The notes beneath the pieces are model-generated. The model saw only the letters and a list, made by a program, of their open reading frames with translations, searched no databases and was not told the DNA's origin. Of a stretch of 64,000 nucleotides of DNA, positions 41,923-53,338 are shown piece by piece. Position numbers and translations under genes: made by a program. The DNA is taken from the NCBI GenBank assembly GCA_963841015.1, contig CAWJAX010000005.1:352001-416000 (forward strand). Reading direction: 5' to 3'. The stretch is from an uncultured Methanoregulaceae archaeon. GTDB taxonomy: Archaea; Halobacteriota; Methanomicrobia; Methanomicrobiales; Methanospirillaceae. Each line of letters starts with the position of its first letter. Positions within the stretch are counted from its first letter, which is position 1.

Positions 41923-42600
41923 ATGCTTATCTGCGATTTGCACGTGCATACCAATTTTTCAAAAGACGGGGAGAGCAGTGTCGAAGAGATCCTCAAAAAA
42001 GCAGAAGAGGTCGGGCTTGACGTAATCGCTATCACCGACCATGATTCTATTGACGGTGCAAAAAAAGCACTTTCGTGCACTACATCTGTTCTTGTTATTC
42101 CGGGTATCGAAGTCTCAACCAAGCAGGGGCACCTTATAATTCTTGGAGTGACTGAGTTGATTCCGGCTGGACTTGATGTAGTTGATACGATTGAGATTGC
42201 CCGGAAAATGGGGGCGCTCCTGATCCTGCCACATCCCTACCATGTCTGGCGTCATGGTGTTGCCCGCCGGAAAAAAGCCGGTATGGGCGCGGTTGATGCT
42301 ATCGAAACGTTCAATAGCCGGTACATTGTGGGTTCAGCAAACCGGAAAGCTGCACGCATTGCAAAAAAGCTGGGGAAACCCTGTGTTGCAGGGAGTGATG
42401 CCCATCACGCGCGATTCGTTGGATTCGGCAGAACTTTTATCGATGCCGAGCGGGACATACCTTCAATCCTTGCTGCAATCCGGGCCGGGAAATTAACCTG
42501 TGGCGGACGACAGACACCTTTGCGGACCTACACACACCAGTCTCTGAACAATACATGGAGAAAGATCAAACGATTTACACGGCGCGTGCATCTCCGATGA
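41923..42600 (+). CDS. PHP domain metal-dependent phosphoesterase
   Basis: DLHVHT..S.DG, AITDHD, PGIE, HP, GSDAH motifs. Confidence 0.92.
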   Translation: MLICDLHVHTNFSKDGESSVEEILKKAEEVGLDVIAITDHDSIDGAKKALSCTTSVLVIPGIEVSTKQGHLIILGVTELIPAGLDVVDTIEIARKMGALLILPHPYHVWRHGVARRKKAGMGAVDAIETFNSRYIVGSANRKAARIAKKLGKPCVAGSDAHHARFVGFGRTFIDAERDIPSILAAIRAGKLTCGGRQTPLRTYTHQSLNNTWRKIKRFTRRVHLR

Positions 42601-43391
42601 GGCTGGGGTTCCGTGTATCCTATCTGGGAAGCAGGTTTTTTGGCTCCCAGATGCAGGAAGCACACCGCACAGTTGAGGGCGAATTTGTTGCAACCTGCCA
42701 GCGGTTGAGTCTTTTTTCCGATTGGCGTAAAGCAGGATTCCTTTTTGCCGGAAGAACCGATCGCGGCGTCCATGCATGCGGACAGATTGCAGCATTCTCG
42801 ACAGATTTCCCTGACCGTGCAATTCTGACAATGAATCTCAAGCTACCTCCAGACTGCTGGTGCACCGGCTTTGCTGAAGTGCCTCCTGAGTTTCACCCGC
42901 GGTTCGATGCGAAGTCCAGAACGTACCGCTATTATTTCTCAAAATCACCTTCTGACATCTCTTCCATGGAGCGGGCTGCACACTCTTTTACAGGTTGTCA
43001 CAATTTCACAAATTTTGCCCGTGTCGGTGATAAAAATCCCTGGAGGAACATCCTTGAGATTAAGATCGGGGAAAATGAGGGTTTTCATTATCTTGAAGTG
43101 AAGGCGGAAAGCTTTTTGTGGCACCAGGTCCGGTGTATGGCTGCGGCGCTTCTTCAAGTGGGTGAAAATGAACAGGATGAGGCATTTATCTCATCCCTTC
43201 TTGAAGACAAAGCAAAAAGACCCCTGCAGCCAGCCCCGGCTGAAGGACTTATTCTCTGGGATACCGATTGCGGAATTGAGTGGATTCCGATACCCATGGA
43301 CCAGCGAAGCAGTACGCATATGGATCATGTTGTGCGACATCACGCGCTGATGACAAAGGTGTGCAGGGTGTTAAAGACACCGGATTTTTAA
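42597..43391 (+). CDS. truA: tRNA pseudouridine(38-40) synthase
   Basis: AGRTDRGVHA, FHPRFDA.SRTYRY, FLWHQVR; ATGA overlap with the PHP gene. Confidence 0.95.
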   Translation: MRLGFRVSYLGSRFFGSQMQEAHRTVEGEFVATCQRLSLFSDWRKAGFLFAGRTDRGVHACGQIAAFSTDFPDRAILTMNLKLPPDCWCTGFAEVPPEFHPRFDAKSRTYRYYFSKSPSDISSMERAAHSFTGCHNFTNFARVGDKNPWRNILEIKIGENEGFHYLEVKAESFLWHQVRCMAAALLQVGENEQDEAFISSLLEDKAKRPLQPAPAEGLILWDTDCGIEWIPIPMDQRSSTHMDHVVRHHALMTKVCRVLKTPDF

Positions 43392-43443
43392 AAATTACCG
43401 CCCGCGTATTTTTAAAATCCGATCCGGGTAATTATTGTATTTC

Positions 43444-43895
43444 TCATGCACGGCCACTGGTATTTGCAGCAGCACTTACGGCAGAGGCAACGGTTTTCAC
43501 AACACGTCGGTTGAGAACCAATGGGAGGACCCTTTCTTTTTGTGGTCGTTTGACAAACCCGGCAAGCGCATGAGCGGCTGCAACCTTCATCTCATCGGAG
43601 ATCCGAGTAGCATGTACATCAAGAGCACCGCGGAATATCCCTGGAAACGCAAATGTGTAGTTGATCTGGTTGGGATATTCATTTAGTCCGGTTCCTACAA
43701 TTGCCGCCCCGGCCTGACGGGCATCATGGGGAAGAATCTCCGGCATGGGATGTGCAAGTGCAAAGACAATGGGATCCTTGTTCATTGACCGGATCATGGC
43801 CGGGGTAATGACTGCCGGCACTGACACCCCTCTACAGACACCGGCTCCCTGCATTGCATCAGTGAGATCTCCCGTCCGTCCCTTTTTGGTGGTCT
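43444..43895 (-). pseudogene. 3' remnant of an NAD(P)-dependent malic enzyme
   Basis: Only the C-terminal part of the NAD-binding domain (FALAHP.PEI, YPNQINY..AFPGIFRGALD) with decayed motifs; N-terminal catalytic domain absent. Confidence 0.75.
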
Positions 43896-43928
43896 GCTAT
43901 CAATCTTGTCTTGAGAAACAGGGAAATA

Positions 43929-44354
43929 TTAAGGGATGGTTGTTCCAAATGTCGTGTCAATCCATGCCTCAATCAGGTCCCGCACCTTACGATAACCTTC
44001 GAGGACTTCCTCATCGCTGCCGGGTGTCAGGTGGGGATCTGAAAACCCGTGGTGAATGGTCTTTTTTGCTCCGGATACAATCGGGCAAATGGCGTGGGCA
44101 TTGTCACACAGAGTTGCTGCGAGATCAAAGGAGGCCCCCCCAAACTCTGCGAGGGTTTTTGAACGATGGTGAGAGATGTCGATCCCGATCTCCTGCATCA
44201 CGGTTATCGCCCGGGCGCTCACTACAGCCTTACGGGTGCCGGCGGAGAAAGCTTCGTACCGTTCCCCGTATTTTGCCCGGAGCAGCCCTTCTGCCATCTG
44301 GGAGCGGGCGGCATTTGCCGTGCAGATAAAGAGGACCCGCGGTTTTAGTGTCAT
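43929..44354 (-). CDS. arsC: LMW-PTP family arsenate reductase
   Basis: CTANAARSQMAE P-loop, SAGT, LCD....CP, DP motifs; GGAG RBS. Confidence 0.88.
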   Translation of the reverse strand: MTLKPRVLFICTANAARSQMAEGLLRAKYGERYEAFSAGTRKAVVSARAITVMQEIGIDISHHRSKTLAEFGGASFDLAATLCDNAHAICPIVSGAKKTIHHGFSDPHLTPGSDEEVLEGYRKVRDLIEAWIDTTFGTTIP

Positions 44355-44786
44355 GTTTACGAGTTTTATCTCCTTAGTTGTCCGTATCGTGCATCATGGG
44401 GCAGGGCACGTTTATAACTATGCGGTATTCTCTGCTTTCACCATAGAATGACAACAGACACTGCCGCCCCCGCCCGTCTTTGGGAAGGATCCCCAGCTGA
44501 CGGTCATCAGCGCTCAACACCGACTCTACCTTATACCCTTTATCCGGGTTATACCCGCTTGGACTCTGGGCAGCAGTACTTTTTTCCGGAACTATTTTTT
44601 TTGGGGCCATCCGGATTCTTTTAACAGTGGTGAATTTCCGGGTATTTATCCTTTTTTTAGAAAAACCAGAAAAAAACTGAATTTTTTTTGGAACTTGTAT
44701 GAAAAAGGAGGTCTTTTCCGATACCCGGGTCCAAGACAGCCCCCCGCTCTTTTTATTATTCCTCCCGCCAACATTCCATCAACGAT

Positions 44787-45281
44787 ATGGTGGCATTTGA
44801 TTGTACCTGGTGCGGAAAGTGCTGTGCGAGCTTCGGGGAGTTTATAAAAATTGAGCGTCAGCTCACCAGCCGCGATTATTATTGCCGGTACGGGATAAAG
44901 AACGAGCTGTTTCTCGCCCATATTGAAGGAGACTTTGGCGACAGTCAACCCCCCTCATCAAAAGACAGTGAAACGGTAAAAGGCTGCCCGTTCATGCGGA
45001 AAAACCCGTCGGGCAAAGGTTTTGCCTGTGCAGTCTATGCCACCCGCCCGCAAATCTGCAGGGAGTTCCGCTGCTACCGGATGGTGATCTATCATAAGGA
45101 GGGTCATGAGTGTGGCAGGATACTGGGACGCAACGAACTAAAAACAAGTGACGAATCACTGGCACAGATCTGGAAAGAATATATCACCCCCCGGCTGCCT
45201 CACCCCAGTGATACCCGATGGGATACTGCCGTGACTGAGGCGCTTGCCGATCACGGATATCTTGGGGAACGGGTTGAATAA
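44787..45281 (+). CDS. YkgJ family cysteine-cluster protein
   Basis: FDCTWCGKCC, CPF, C.VY.TRP.ICR.F.C motifs. Confidence 0.87.
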   Translation: MVAFDCTWCGKCCASFGEFIKIERQLTSRDYYCRYGIKNELFLAHIEGDFGDSQPPSSKDSETVKGCPFMRKNPSGKGFACAVYATRPQICREFRCYRMVIYHKEGHECGRILGRNELKTSDESLAQIWKEYITPRLPHPSDTRWDTAVTEALADHGYLGERVE

Positions 45282-45307
45282 TTATTTTGTTGGTACTGCT
45301 GTGACAT

Positions 45308-46096
45308 TTACCTCCCTCCCTTCATAGCAGATACATATTCCTTCAGCTCACGCTCCATTACATCCTTATCCTGAAGGTTCCGTTCGACAATTTCAACAAT
45401 TGCACTCCCGACTATAACACCCTCTGCACCAGCACTGGCGCATGTCTGTGCATGTGCGGGAGTTGAGATGCCAAAGCCGAGGGCAAGCGGAAGCGCTGTG
45501 TGCCTGCGGACACGGTACAGGAGATCGATTGCCTCTTCGGATACCTTTTCACGCACTCCGGTTACCCCGAATGCTGCAATAAGGTAAAGGTACCCCCGTG
45601 CTTTTGCAATGATCTTTTTCATCCGATCATCAGAGGTTGTCTGGGCGACAAGAAAGATGGGATCGATACGGTACCGCGATGCAACTGCACAGATCTCCCC
45701 AGCCTCTTCGACCGGCATATCGGCTATCAGGATACCGTCAACACCTGCATCGTGCGCTTCACGGTAGAACCGCTCGATACCGCGGTGATGGACAATGTTG
45801 TAATAGGTAAGGAACACGATCGGCACCTCGGATTCCCTGCGGATCTCCCGTACGATGTCAAACACGGTATCCGGTGTTGTGTTGGCGGCAAGCGCCCTTT
45901 CATCGGCTTTCTGGATTGTCGGACCATCCGCCACCGGGTCAGAGAAGGGCACCCCCAGTTCAAGGATGTCCGTTCCCCCGGCTATCAACGCCCGGGCAAT
46001 CCCGATACAGGTGTCCTTATCCGGATCCCCGGCTACCACAAAGCCGATGAACGCCGGCCTTTTCAATGCGGTAAAAGCCTTCTCGATCCGTCCCAT
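45308..46096 (-). CDS. trpA: Tryptophan synthase alpha chain
   Basis: ELGVPFSDPVADGPTIQ, GVTG, GFGIS, VIVGSA. Confidence 0.97.
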   Translation of the reverse strand: MGRIEKAFTALKRPAFIGFVVAGDPDKDTCIGIARALIAGGTDILELGVPFSDPVADGPTIQKADERALAANTTPDTVFDIVREIRRESEVPIVFLTYYNIVHHRGIERFYREAHDAGVDGILIADMPVEEAGEICAVASRYRIDPIFLVAQTTSDDRMKKIIAKARGYLYLIAAFGVTGVREKVSEEAIDLLYRVRRHTALPLALGFGISTPAHAQTCASAGAEGVIVGSAIVEIVERNLQDKDVMERELKEYVSAMKGGR

Positions 46097-47277
46097 CAGG
46101 ATCTCCCCGTTATGGCTGCCACTTCAGCCACATCCTTGTCGCCACGCCCCGAGAGATTGATGACAACGATGTCATCACGGTCAAACCGGTCCGCATTCTG
46201 CATCACATAGGCTACCGCATGGGCTGACTCCAGTGCCGGTATGATTCCCTCAGTTTTTGAGAGGAACCTGAAAGCGTCCAGTACTTCAGGGTCATTGACT
46301 GCTGCGTAGGTCACGCGGTTGTTGTCCCTGAGCATCGCATGTTCCGGACCAACACCCGGGTAGTCAAGCCCGGCTGAGATACTGTGCGTGGGTAACACCT
46401 GCCCGTTCTCATCCTGTAAGAGGTAAGAAAGCGTCCCGTGCAGTACTCCCACATCGCCGGCACAGAGCGTGGCAGAATGCCTGCCCGTTTCAATCCCTTC
46501 ACCTCCGGCTTCGATCCCGATCAGTTCCACCTCATCAGAAAGGAACGGGTAGAAGATCCCGATCGCATTCGAACCCCCGCCTACGCAGGCAACAATGGTA
46601 TCGGGGAGCCTGCCCTCTTTTTTCATCATCTGTTCCCGTGCCTCTTGGCCAATTACCGACTGGAAGTCCCGGACCATGAGCGGGTACGGGTGCGGGCCTA
46701 CAACAGAGCCGATAAGATAGTAGGTGTCCTGGACGTTTGCAACCCAGTCGCGGAGTGCTTCATTGATCGCATCCTTGAGTGTCCGTGTCCCTGATTTCAC
46801 CGGGATCACCGTTGCGCCCATCAGTTCCATGCGAAAGACATTGAGCGCCTGTCGCCGGGTGTCCACCTCGCCCATGTAGACTTCGACAGGGATGCCAAGT
46901 GCTGCACCGACAATCGCCGTAGCAACCCCGTGCTGCCCGGCGCCGGTCTCGGCAATCAGCCGTTTCTTGCCCATCCGTTGTGCAAGAAGCGCCTGCCCAA
47001 GGGTATTGTTCAGTTTATGTGAGCCACCATGCACAAGATCCTCGCGCTTCAGGTATATCATACACCCGAGTTCCCGTGAGGCATTCGGACAGAAGGTGAG
47101 TGGTGTCTCGCGCCCCGCGTATTCTGCCTGCAATGCTGCAAGATCGCTGATGAACTGCGGATCCCTTCTTACCCTTCCGTACGCATCTTCAAGTTCGATG
47201 AGGGCGCTCATCAGGGTCTCTGAGACATACTGCCCACCGTATTTTCCATATCTTCCCTTTGTCGTCAGACTACTCAA
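46096..47277 (-). CDS. trpB: Tryptophan synthase beta chain
   Basis: [43 protein letters not shown]. Confidence 0.98.
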   Translation of the reverse strand: MSSLTTKGRYGKYGGQYVSETLMSALIELEDAYGRVRRDPQFISDLAALQAEYAGRETPLTFCPNASRELGCMIYLKREDLVHGGSHKLNNTLGQALLAQRMGKKRLIAETGAGQHGVATAIVGAALGIPVEVYMGEVDTRRQALNVFRMELMGATVIPVKSGTRTLKDAINEALRDWVANVQDTYYLIGSVVGPHPYPLMVRDFQSVIGQEAREQMMKKEGRLPDTIVACVGGGSNAIGIFYPFLSDEVELIGIEAGGEGIETGRHSATLCAGDVGVLHGTLSYLLQDENGQVLPTHSISAGLDYPGVGPEHAMLRDNNRVTYAAVNDPEVLDAFRFLSKTEGIIPALESAHAVAYVMQNADRFDRDDIVVINLSGRGDKDVAEVAAITGRS

Positions 47278-47846
47278 CTCCGTGCTGCCGCGATGAACGC
47301 AGCAATTTTTTGGTGATCTTTGATACCCGGTACCTTCTCAATACCGCTTGCTACGTCAACGGCATACGGCTGGACCTGCCGGATGGCCTCTGCCACATTT
47401 TCCGGATTCAGGCCTCCTGCAAGGATTACCGGTACTTTCGCTCTCCCGACAACATCGCGGGCATGAGACCTGTCAAAGTCTCTCCCGCTGCCGTGGCTCT
47501 CATCTACGATAATTGCGTCACAGTCTTCAGGCAGCGGTTTGTCCCGCCCGATTACCCGGATCACCCTTGCGCCCGGTTTGTTCAGGAATACAAAAGGGTG
47601 AGATATCTGGATTGCATCCGGGTTGAGTGCAAGGATTTGTTCGAGGTCGTTGTCTGATGAGGTGTGACTCACCGCGACTCTTGTGGTAAATGGTCCCACC
47701 GCATCAAATATTTCCCGAGCCCGTGCCGGCGTGACATTCCGGAGGGATGCGGGGGAAAAAATCACGACACCTATTGCATCCGCGCCGCACGCTTCCGCAA
47801 ATCGGGCATCGTCCGGCCTTGTAATTCCGCAGCACTTTATGCGCAT
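47274..47846 (-). CDS. trpF: Phosphoribosylanthranilate isomerase
   Basis: [27 protein letters not shown]. Confidence 0.95.
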   Translation of the reverse strand: MRIKCCGITRPDDARFAEACGADAIGVVIFSPASLRNVTPARAREIFDAVGPFTTRVAVSHTSSDNDLEQILALNPDAIQISHPFVFLNKPGARVIRVIGRDKPLPEDCDAIIVDESHGSGRDFDRSHARDVVGRAKVPVILAGGLNPENVAEAIRQVQPYAVDVASGIEKVPGIKDHQKIAAFIAAARS

Positions 47847-48592
47847 ACAAATTCCTCGAGTTTTTTTTCAGGCCGTTGCTGCTCCATGATCGATGAACCG
47901 ATCAGGAATGCATCGCAGAAGGGTTTCAATTCCCTGATATCATCTGCTGACCGCATACCGCTCTCGGATACGATCGCTCTCCCGGCAGATCGAATGCTTT
48001 CTGACAGCTGGCGGGTAGTGGAACGGTCGATGGTAAGAGTCGAGAGGTTACGGTTATTGATCCCGATCAGTTCAGCCCGCGTGGCAAGGGCGGTCTCCAC
48101 CTCCCCTGCGTTATGGACCTCGACAAGCGGTTCAAGGCCGTAATCGTATGCAAGATCAACAAATACAGGAAGACGATCTTTAAGCACCGCTGTAATCAGC
48201 AGTACCGCATCAGCCCCGAGTGCCCGGGACTCAGCGATCTGGTGTTCATCGATAATGAAGTCCTTGCGCAGAACCGGTATACTTACTGCAGATTTTACCC
48301 GTGCGATATCCTGTCCTGTTCCCCCGAAGTAATAGGGTTCCGTCAGGATCGACAGTGCGACGCATCCACTTCCAGAAAGTGCACCGGCCATCATCTCCAT
48401 ATCCACATTGCGCCGGATGACTCCCCGGCTGGGAGAGGTGCATTTTATCTCTGCGATGACAGCATTCATGCCGTTTCGGTTCCGTATCGCATCGATCAGG
48501 CTTACCTGAGGGTAAAAACCGTTCTCGGTAAAAGATGCAGGCAGACGGGCAACCCTTTTTTGGGTGCACCGGATAATCTCATCGAGGATCAT
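47837..48592 (-). CDS. trpC: Indole-3-glycerol-phosphate synthase
   Basis: [25 protein letters not shown]. Confidence 0.96.
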   Translation of the reverse strand: MILDEIIRCTQKRVARLPASFTENGFYPQVSLIDAIRNRNGMNAVIAEIKCTSPSRGVIRRNVDMEMMAGALSGSGCVALSILTEPYYFGGTGQDIARVKSAVSIPVLRKDFIIDEHQIAESRALGADAVLLITAVLKDRLPVFVDLAYDYGLEPLVEVHNAGEVETALATRAELIGINNRNLSTLTIDRSTTRQLSESIRSAGRAIVSESGMRSADDIRELKPFCDAFLIGSSIMEQQRPEKKLEEFVCA

Positions 48593-49608
48593 GCTATCCC
48601 TCGTGTTGCATCCACCAGTGCAGTGAGCCGGGCAGATGCATTCCCTGAATCTATGGAAATGGCGGCAAGCCGTATCCCTTCATGAAGATCCTGTGCCACC
48701 CCGCCAACGTAGATTGCTGCTCCTGCATTCATGAGCACGATATTACGTGCTGCACCCCGCTCACCCTGCAGGATGTCCCTGATGATACCGGCGTTCGTCT
48801 GAGCATCACCTCCTCTGAGATCCGCTGGCTGTGCAGGTGCTATGCCAAACCTGTCACAATGGATCGTGTACTCCCGGATTATACCGGTATGAAGCTCGGC
48901 AACCACGGTCTCCCCGGTAGTTGTTATCTCGTCGAGACCGGATCCATGAACGACCATCGCCCGCGAGAGCCCGAGAATGCGCAGCACCTCTGCCATGGTA
49001 CTGGTAAGCCCCGAACGGTAGACGCCCAGGATCTGTGCCTGTGCACCTGCGGGATTTGCCAGAGGACCGAGAATGTTGAACACGGTCCTGCACCCGATCT
49101 CACTTCGTGCGGTCATGGTATGTTTCATCGCAGGGTGATAATAAGGGGCAAAGAAAAAGGCAATTCCGACCTTTTCCACAATATGTGCCTGCAATTCCGG
49201 TGCAGTTGCTAAATTTACTCCCAGTGCTGCGAGGACATCTGCCGAACCACACCTGCTGCTCATGCCCCTGTTGCCGTGTTTGACTACCGGACAACCGGCC
49301 CCTGCGGCAACAAAGGCAGAAGCGGTGCTGATGTTGAAGGTCTGCACCCCGTCTCCCCCGGTACCGCAGGTGTCTACCAGTATTCGCCCTATCGCCGGCT
49401 TTACTGTTATTGCATGATCCCGCATTACCCGGGCAAATGCAGCAATCTCTTCTGCGGTTTCACCCTTCATGCGTAATGCAAGGAGAAAAGCACCGATCTG
49501 CGCCTGTGATGCTCTCCCCTCCATAATTTCTCTCATCACATCAGCAGCTTCAGCAGCAGTAAGATCCTGCCGCCCGGCAAGTTTTGTGAGAGTCTCTTTG
49601 AACATCAT
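48589..49608 (-). CDS. trpD: Anthranilate phosphoribosyltransferase
   Basis: [30 protein letters not shown]. Confidence 0.97.
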   Translation of the reverse strand: MMFKETLTKLAGRQDLTAAEAADVMREIMEGRASQAQIGAFLLALRMKGETAEEIAAFARVMRDHAITVKPAIGRILVDTCGTGGDGVQTFNISTASAFVAAGAGCPVVKHGNRGMSSRCGSADVLAALGVNLATAPELQAHIVEKVGIAFFFAPYYHPAMKHTMTARSEIGCRTVFNILGPLANPAGAQAQILGVYRSGLTSTMAEVLRILGLSRAMVVHGSGLDEITTTGETVVAELHTGIIREYTIHCDRFGIAPAQPADLRGGDAQTNAGIIRDILQGERGAARNIVLMNAGAAIYVGGVAQDLHEGIRLAAISIDSGNASARLTALVDATRGIA

Positions 49609-50186
49609 TATGCCACCAAAGTGCCGGTAAGGAAATTTCTGATAATCCGATCGCCTTCCTGCGAGAGTATGCTCTCCGGGTGGAACTGCACCCCCTCTAT
49701 GGGAAAACAGGAGTGCCGCACTCCCATGACATACCCATCATCCAGGCTCGTAGCAGTCACCCTGAGTTCATGCGGAAGCGAATCTTTACCAGCAACCAGT
49801 GAATGGTACCGGGTTGCGATGAATGGTGCCGGAATACCGGTAAAAATCCCCTTACCATCATGCTGGATCGCGGAAGTCTTGCCATGCATCAGGTGATCTG
49901 CCCTGATGACTTCTCCCCCGAATGCAGAGCATATAACCTGGTGGCCGAGACAGACACCCAGCGTTGGAATTGTCCTGCTCATGGTGTCCAGTACTTCCGG
50001 ACAGACCCCCGAATCATGAGGAGTCCCCGGTCCGGGTGAAAGGATAATTCGCTCGCACCCGGACTTTTCAAGGCGTTCAAGAGGTGTATCGCAGGTCATA
50101 ACAACCGGATTGCCCCCAAGTTTGCCTACCTGCTGGTACAGGTTGAAGGTGAAACTGTCATAGCAGTCCACAATAAGGACTTTCAT
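49608..50186 (-). CDS. trpG: Anthranilate synthase component II
   Basis: [32 protein letters not shown]; ATG overlaps the trpE stop. Confidence 0.96.
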   Translation of the reverse strand: MKVLIVDCYDSFTFNLYQQVGKLGGNPVVMTCDTPLERLEKSGCERIILSPGPGTPHDSGVCPEVLDTMSRTIPTLGVCLGHQVICSAFGGEVIRADHLMHGKTSAIQHDGKGIFTGIPAPFIATRYHSLVAGKDSLPHELRVTATSLDDGYVMGVRHSCFPIEGVQFHPESILSQEGDRIIRNFLTGTLVA

Positions 50187-51724
50187 GAAAATACACCCGC
50201 CATCTCGATCGCACGCAGCATTGCGGATGCCTTGCTTCCGGTCTCCTTCCATTCATTTTCAGGGATCGAATCAGCAACAATTCCCGCTCCTACCTGTATG
50301 TAAGCCCTCCCATTGCGTACAATAATTGTCCGGATGGCAATGGCGAATTCAAGATTCCGGTCAAACCCGATATAACCAACAGCACCGGCATAGAGGCCAC
50401 GTTTTTGTGATTCTTCTTCTTCGATAATCTGCATCGCCCGTATTTTTGGGGCACCCGAAACCGTGCCGGCAGGAAAACAGGATTTGAATGCGTCATAACA
50501 GTCAAGGTTATCTTTGAGCATGCCATTGACCGTTGAAACAATATGCTGGACATGAGAGAATTTCTCGATACCCATAAATTCATCGACCTCCACGGAACCG
50601 AACCTGCACACCCTTCCCAGATCGTTTCGTGCAAGATCTATGAGCATCGTGTGTTCAGCCCGCTCCTTGGGATCCGCTAAGAGCTCGCGTGCAAGCAGTG
50701 CGTCTTCACGGGCATCGTGTCCCCGTGGACGGGTACCGGCGATCGGTACTGTTGTCACCCGCCGTTTTTCGACCCGCACAAGCATCTCCGGGCTCGCTCC
50801 AATAACCCGCTCGTCGCCAAAATCGAGATAATACATATACGGGCTCGGGTTGATCTCCCGGAGGGCGGCATAGATCGCGAATGGATCGTTCTTCACCGCA
50901 CACTCCATCCTGTGCGAGAGCACTGCCTGGAAGATGTCCCCTGCGAAAATATGTTCCTGTACATTCCTCACGGATCGCTCAAACTCTCTCTTCGATAGTG
51001 AAGGGATATATTCCGGTCTTTTTCCTTTTCCCTGCTTCAGCACAGCGCCGGTATGTTTCTTAGGTTTCAGGCCGGCAATATGCACCCGCAGGGTCTGGAT
51101 CTTATCAACACTGTGGTGATATTCTTTGACAAGGTCGGAATCGTAGGTGAGGAACGGGCTTGAAAAGATGAAGAGTTTGCGTTGTGCGTGATCAAAGATG
51201 ATGCAGTCTTTGGTAAGCATGAACCGGGCATCGTGATTTTCGCAGTCGCGGTTCTGTACCGAAGTCCGGCTGCTGTTGGTTCCCCTGCCAACTTTTCCAA
51301 AGAGGGAGTGCACGCAGTCATACGCGAAGTAACCGACCATTCCCCCGAAAAACCGGGGTGCGTTTACGTTCATATAGCAGAACCGGGAGAGGATTGATTT
51401 GATCTTGTCGACTGGGCTCTCCCCTTCAGGATCTTTTGCAATCGCAGTATACGGTTCATTTCCCTGAACATCTGCTGTATGCCCTATCGTGACCACGAAT
51501 TCGGGATCAATTCCGATATAAGAGTAGCGTGCAATTTTTTCGCTGCCTTCCATAGATTCGAGCAGGAATCCACATCCGTTCCTGGTGCCTGAGTACACAT
51601 CCAGGGGTGAGATATCCGGCAACGGAAGTTCAGCACAAAGGGGGATGATCAGCGGTTTTGGCTGATCATTCACTGCGGTGAGGTATTCCTGCAGTCCAAG
51701 GTTTAAGATGAGATCGTTTTTCAT
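50183..51724 (-). CDS. trpE: Anthranilate synthase component I
   Basis: LLES, NPSPYM, PIAGTRPRG, EH.ML.DL.RND, PAGTVSGAPK. Confidence 0.97.
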   Translation of the reverse strand: MKNDLILNLGLQEYLTAVNDQPKPLIIPLCAELPLPDISPLDVYSGTRNGCGFLLESMEGSEKIARYSYIGIDPEFVVTIGHTADVQGNEPYTAIAKDPEGESPVDKIKSILSRFCYMNVNAPRFFGGMVGYFAYDCVHSLFGKVGRGTNSSRTSVQNRDCENHDARFMLTKDCIIFDHAQRKLFIFSSPFLTYDSDLVKEYHHSVDKIQTLRVHIAGLKPKKHTGAVLKQGKGKRPEYIPSLSKREFERSVRNVQEHIFAGDIFQAVLSHRMECAVKNDPFAIYAALREINPSPYMYYLDFGDERVIGASPEMLVRVEKRRVTTVPIAGTRPRGHDAREDALLARELLADPKERAEHTMLIDLARNDLGRVCRFGSVEVDEFMGIEKFSHVQHIVSTVNGMLKDNLDCYDAFKSCFPAGTVSGAPKIRAMQIIEEEESQKRGLYAGAVGYIGFDRNLEFAIAIRTIIVRNGRAYIQVGAGIVADSIPENEWKETGSKASAMLRAIEMAGVFS

Positions 51725-51856
51725 AGCTGAAATTTCCCCTCCCCTGGGGCTTCATCGTGAACCACACGGTTTTTCATAGTTTTTGCAATCCCCCAGTAAC
51801 TTTCTGGAGTTCTGCTGTGGGGGGCCAGTTTCTTCCCGGCAACAGTGAAGGTTCTC

Positions 51857-51899
51857 TGTATACAGCTCAACTTTGTACATATTTATACATTGTTGTATT
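51857..51899 (-). promoter_or_regulatory. trp promoter: TATA box overlapped by TRP-box-like hexamers
   Basis: Minus-strand TATAAATA at 51880-51887; TGTACA (51874), TATACA (51884), TGTATT (51894) each 4 bp apart, plus palindrome TGTATACA at 51857. Confidence 0.65.
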
Positions 51900-52056
51900 T
51901 TGTTGGTTATTGATGCATTTTTAAATGCATAATAGCAATTATTGACCAATGGATTCATTCATGCATGATTTGATGAAAAAATGTAGATCGAATAAATGCC
52001 TGGCGGTTATGCATTATCGCTGTTTATGACAGGGCTTTAAATTTTTTGTTTCAGGA

Positions 52057-52428
52057 TTACTCGGTTTTTACTCCACGCACTTTCAACTCTTCAGCCTTTT
52101 TTTTCGAACACTCCTCACACCTGAATTCAGGCTCATGATCCATTGTCCTGTCATATTCTCCCGATCTGACAAGGCGGTATCCCCGGGCAACCTTTCCGCA
52201 GTCCACGCATGAGATATTGTCTTTGACCTCCCACTGTGCAGCGAGCGATTGTGATGTAAAGATGAACTGGTCCACCCAGAAAAAGATCAGTCCTCCAATC
52301 AGGTTTGCCACTATAGCTGCGACTAGCCAGCCATACGGGGCTAACAGGATGCCGACCCCGGCCAGGATTGGGGTGCTTGCCTGCCAACGGAGGAGGTAGA
52401 GCCCGTATCGCTTGTAATTGACCTGCAT
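52057..52428 (-). CDS. Small membrane protein with C-terminal zinc finger
   Basis: Two hydrophobic helices (RWQASTPIL, ANLIGGLIFFWVD) then CVDCG...CEEC. Confidence 0.75.
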   Translation of the reverse strand: MQVNYKRYGLYLLRWQASTPILAGVGILLAPYGWLVAAIVANLIGGLIFFWVDQFIFTSQSLAAQWEVKDNISCVDCGKVARGYRLVRSGEYDRTMDHEPEFRCEECSKKKAEELKVRGVKTE

Positions 52429-52703
52429 ACCAGATGATTCTCAAACCGAATAATAGTTCTTGTGATAAGAGCAGGCCGAGTCAATGAGGCTGCGTTTAAC
52501 GATTACATTTACTAAAACAATCTTCTGGTTTTTTCTGGGAATCCCCGGGAAGGAGAAGAGATTTCAAGGCTCTTCGAAATGGCGTAAATTCCGGCGTTTA
52601 AAACCGGGAGAAATGCACAAATTACCCCAAATGCAGGAAGGAAGGTCAATCACTATATAGGAAACATGACAAATCCTGTACAGCCTTTCTGGTGAAGAAG
52701 CGT

Positions 52704-53318
52704 ATGGTAAGCTATCAAAAGAAGCCGTTGAGCTGGATTTTTGTTACACGGATGATGACGATCATCTGTTTTCTGATCGTCATGGTCCTGGCAACGATCC
52801 TGACGACAGTCACCACACCCGAGGGTCCTTATCAAAGTGCAGCCGATGGTATTCTTTTTTCAAATTTCTGGCTTCTGCTCTTCATTCTGATTATCTGGTT
52901 TGTTGCTGACATATTCGGTACATTTAAATTTCCCCTTAACCTGCCAGCCCCTATTATCAGGGCTTTTGGCAGTGCATTCTGCATAGCATTCATCCTGATT
53001 GTCTTTCAATGGGTGGACAATACGTATGGCACTACAGTATCGCAGTTCTTTTGGCTGATCCCCTCGGTAATTGTTCCTCTCGTTTTTCTCATCATTCTCG
53101 CAACCGGGTATTATGTTATCTTCAGGCAGCTCTCTGAGCAACCAAAGACCGAAAGTGAAGGGGAAAGTGATACTATTCTGGTGAATGGTGAACGGTATGT
53201 CTCAGCAGCTCAGTCGACTTCAGATGCGAGATCATGGGAAGAAATCGGAGCGGAGTTCCGGGTGATGCTCTATGATATCTTCCACCGCATCCGCGAAGAT
53301 ATCCGGATAAGGAAATAA
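52704..53318 (+). CDS. Hypothetical membrane protein
   Basis: About four hydrophobic helices; FPLNLPAPII and SWEEIGAEFR segments. Confidence 0.75.
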   Translation: MVSYQKKPLSWIFVTRMMTIICFLIVMVLATILTTVTTPEGPYQSAADGILFSNFWLLLFILIIWFVADIFGTFKFPLNLPAPIIRAFGSAFCIAFILIVFQWVDNTYGTTVSQFFWLIPSVIVPLVFLIILATGYYVIFRQLSEQPKTESEGESDTILVNGERYVSAAQSTSDARSWEEIGAEFRVMLYDIFHRIREDIRIRK

Positions 53319-53338
53319 AAAAGCGAAACCTGGTTAAA

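Noticed and set aside
44374-44610. 78 aa ORF upstream of arsC
   Set aside because: No ArsR HTH or other motif; may be a fragment, not supportable as a gene.
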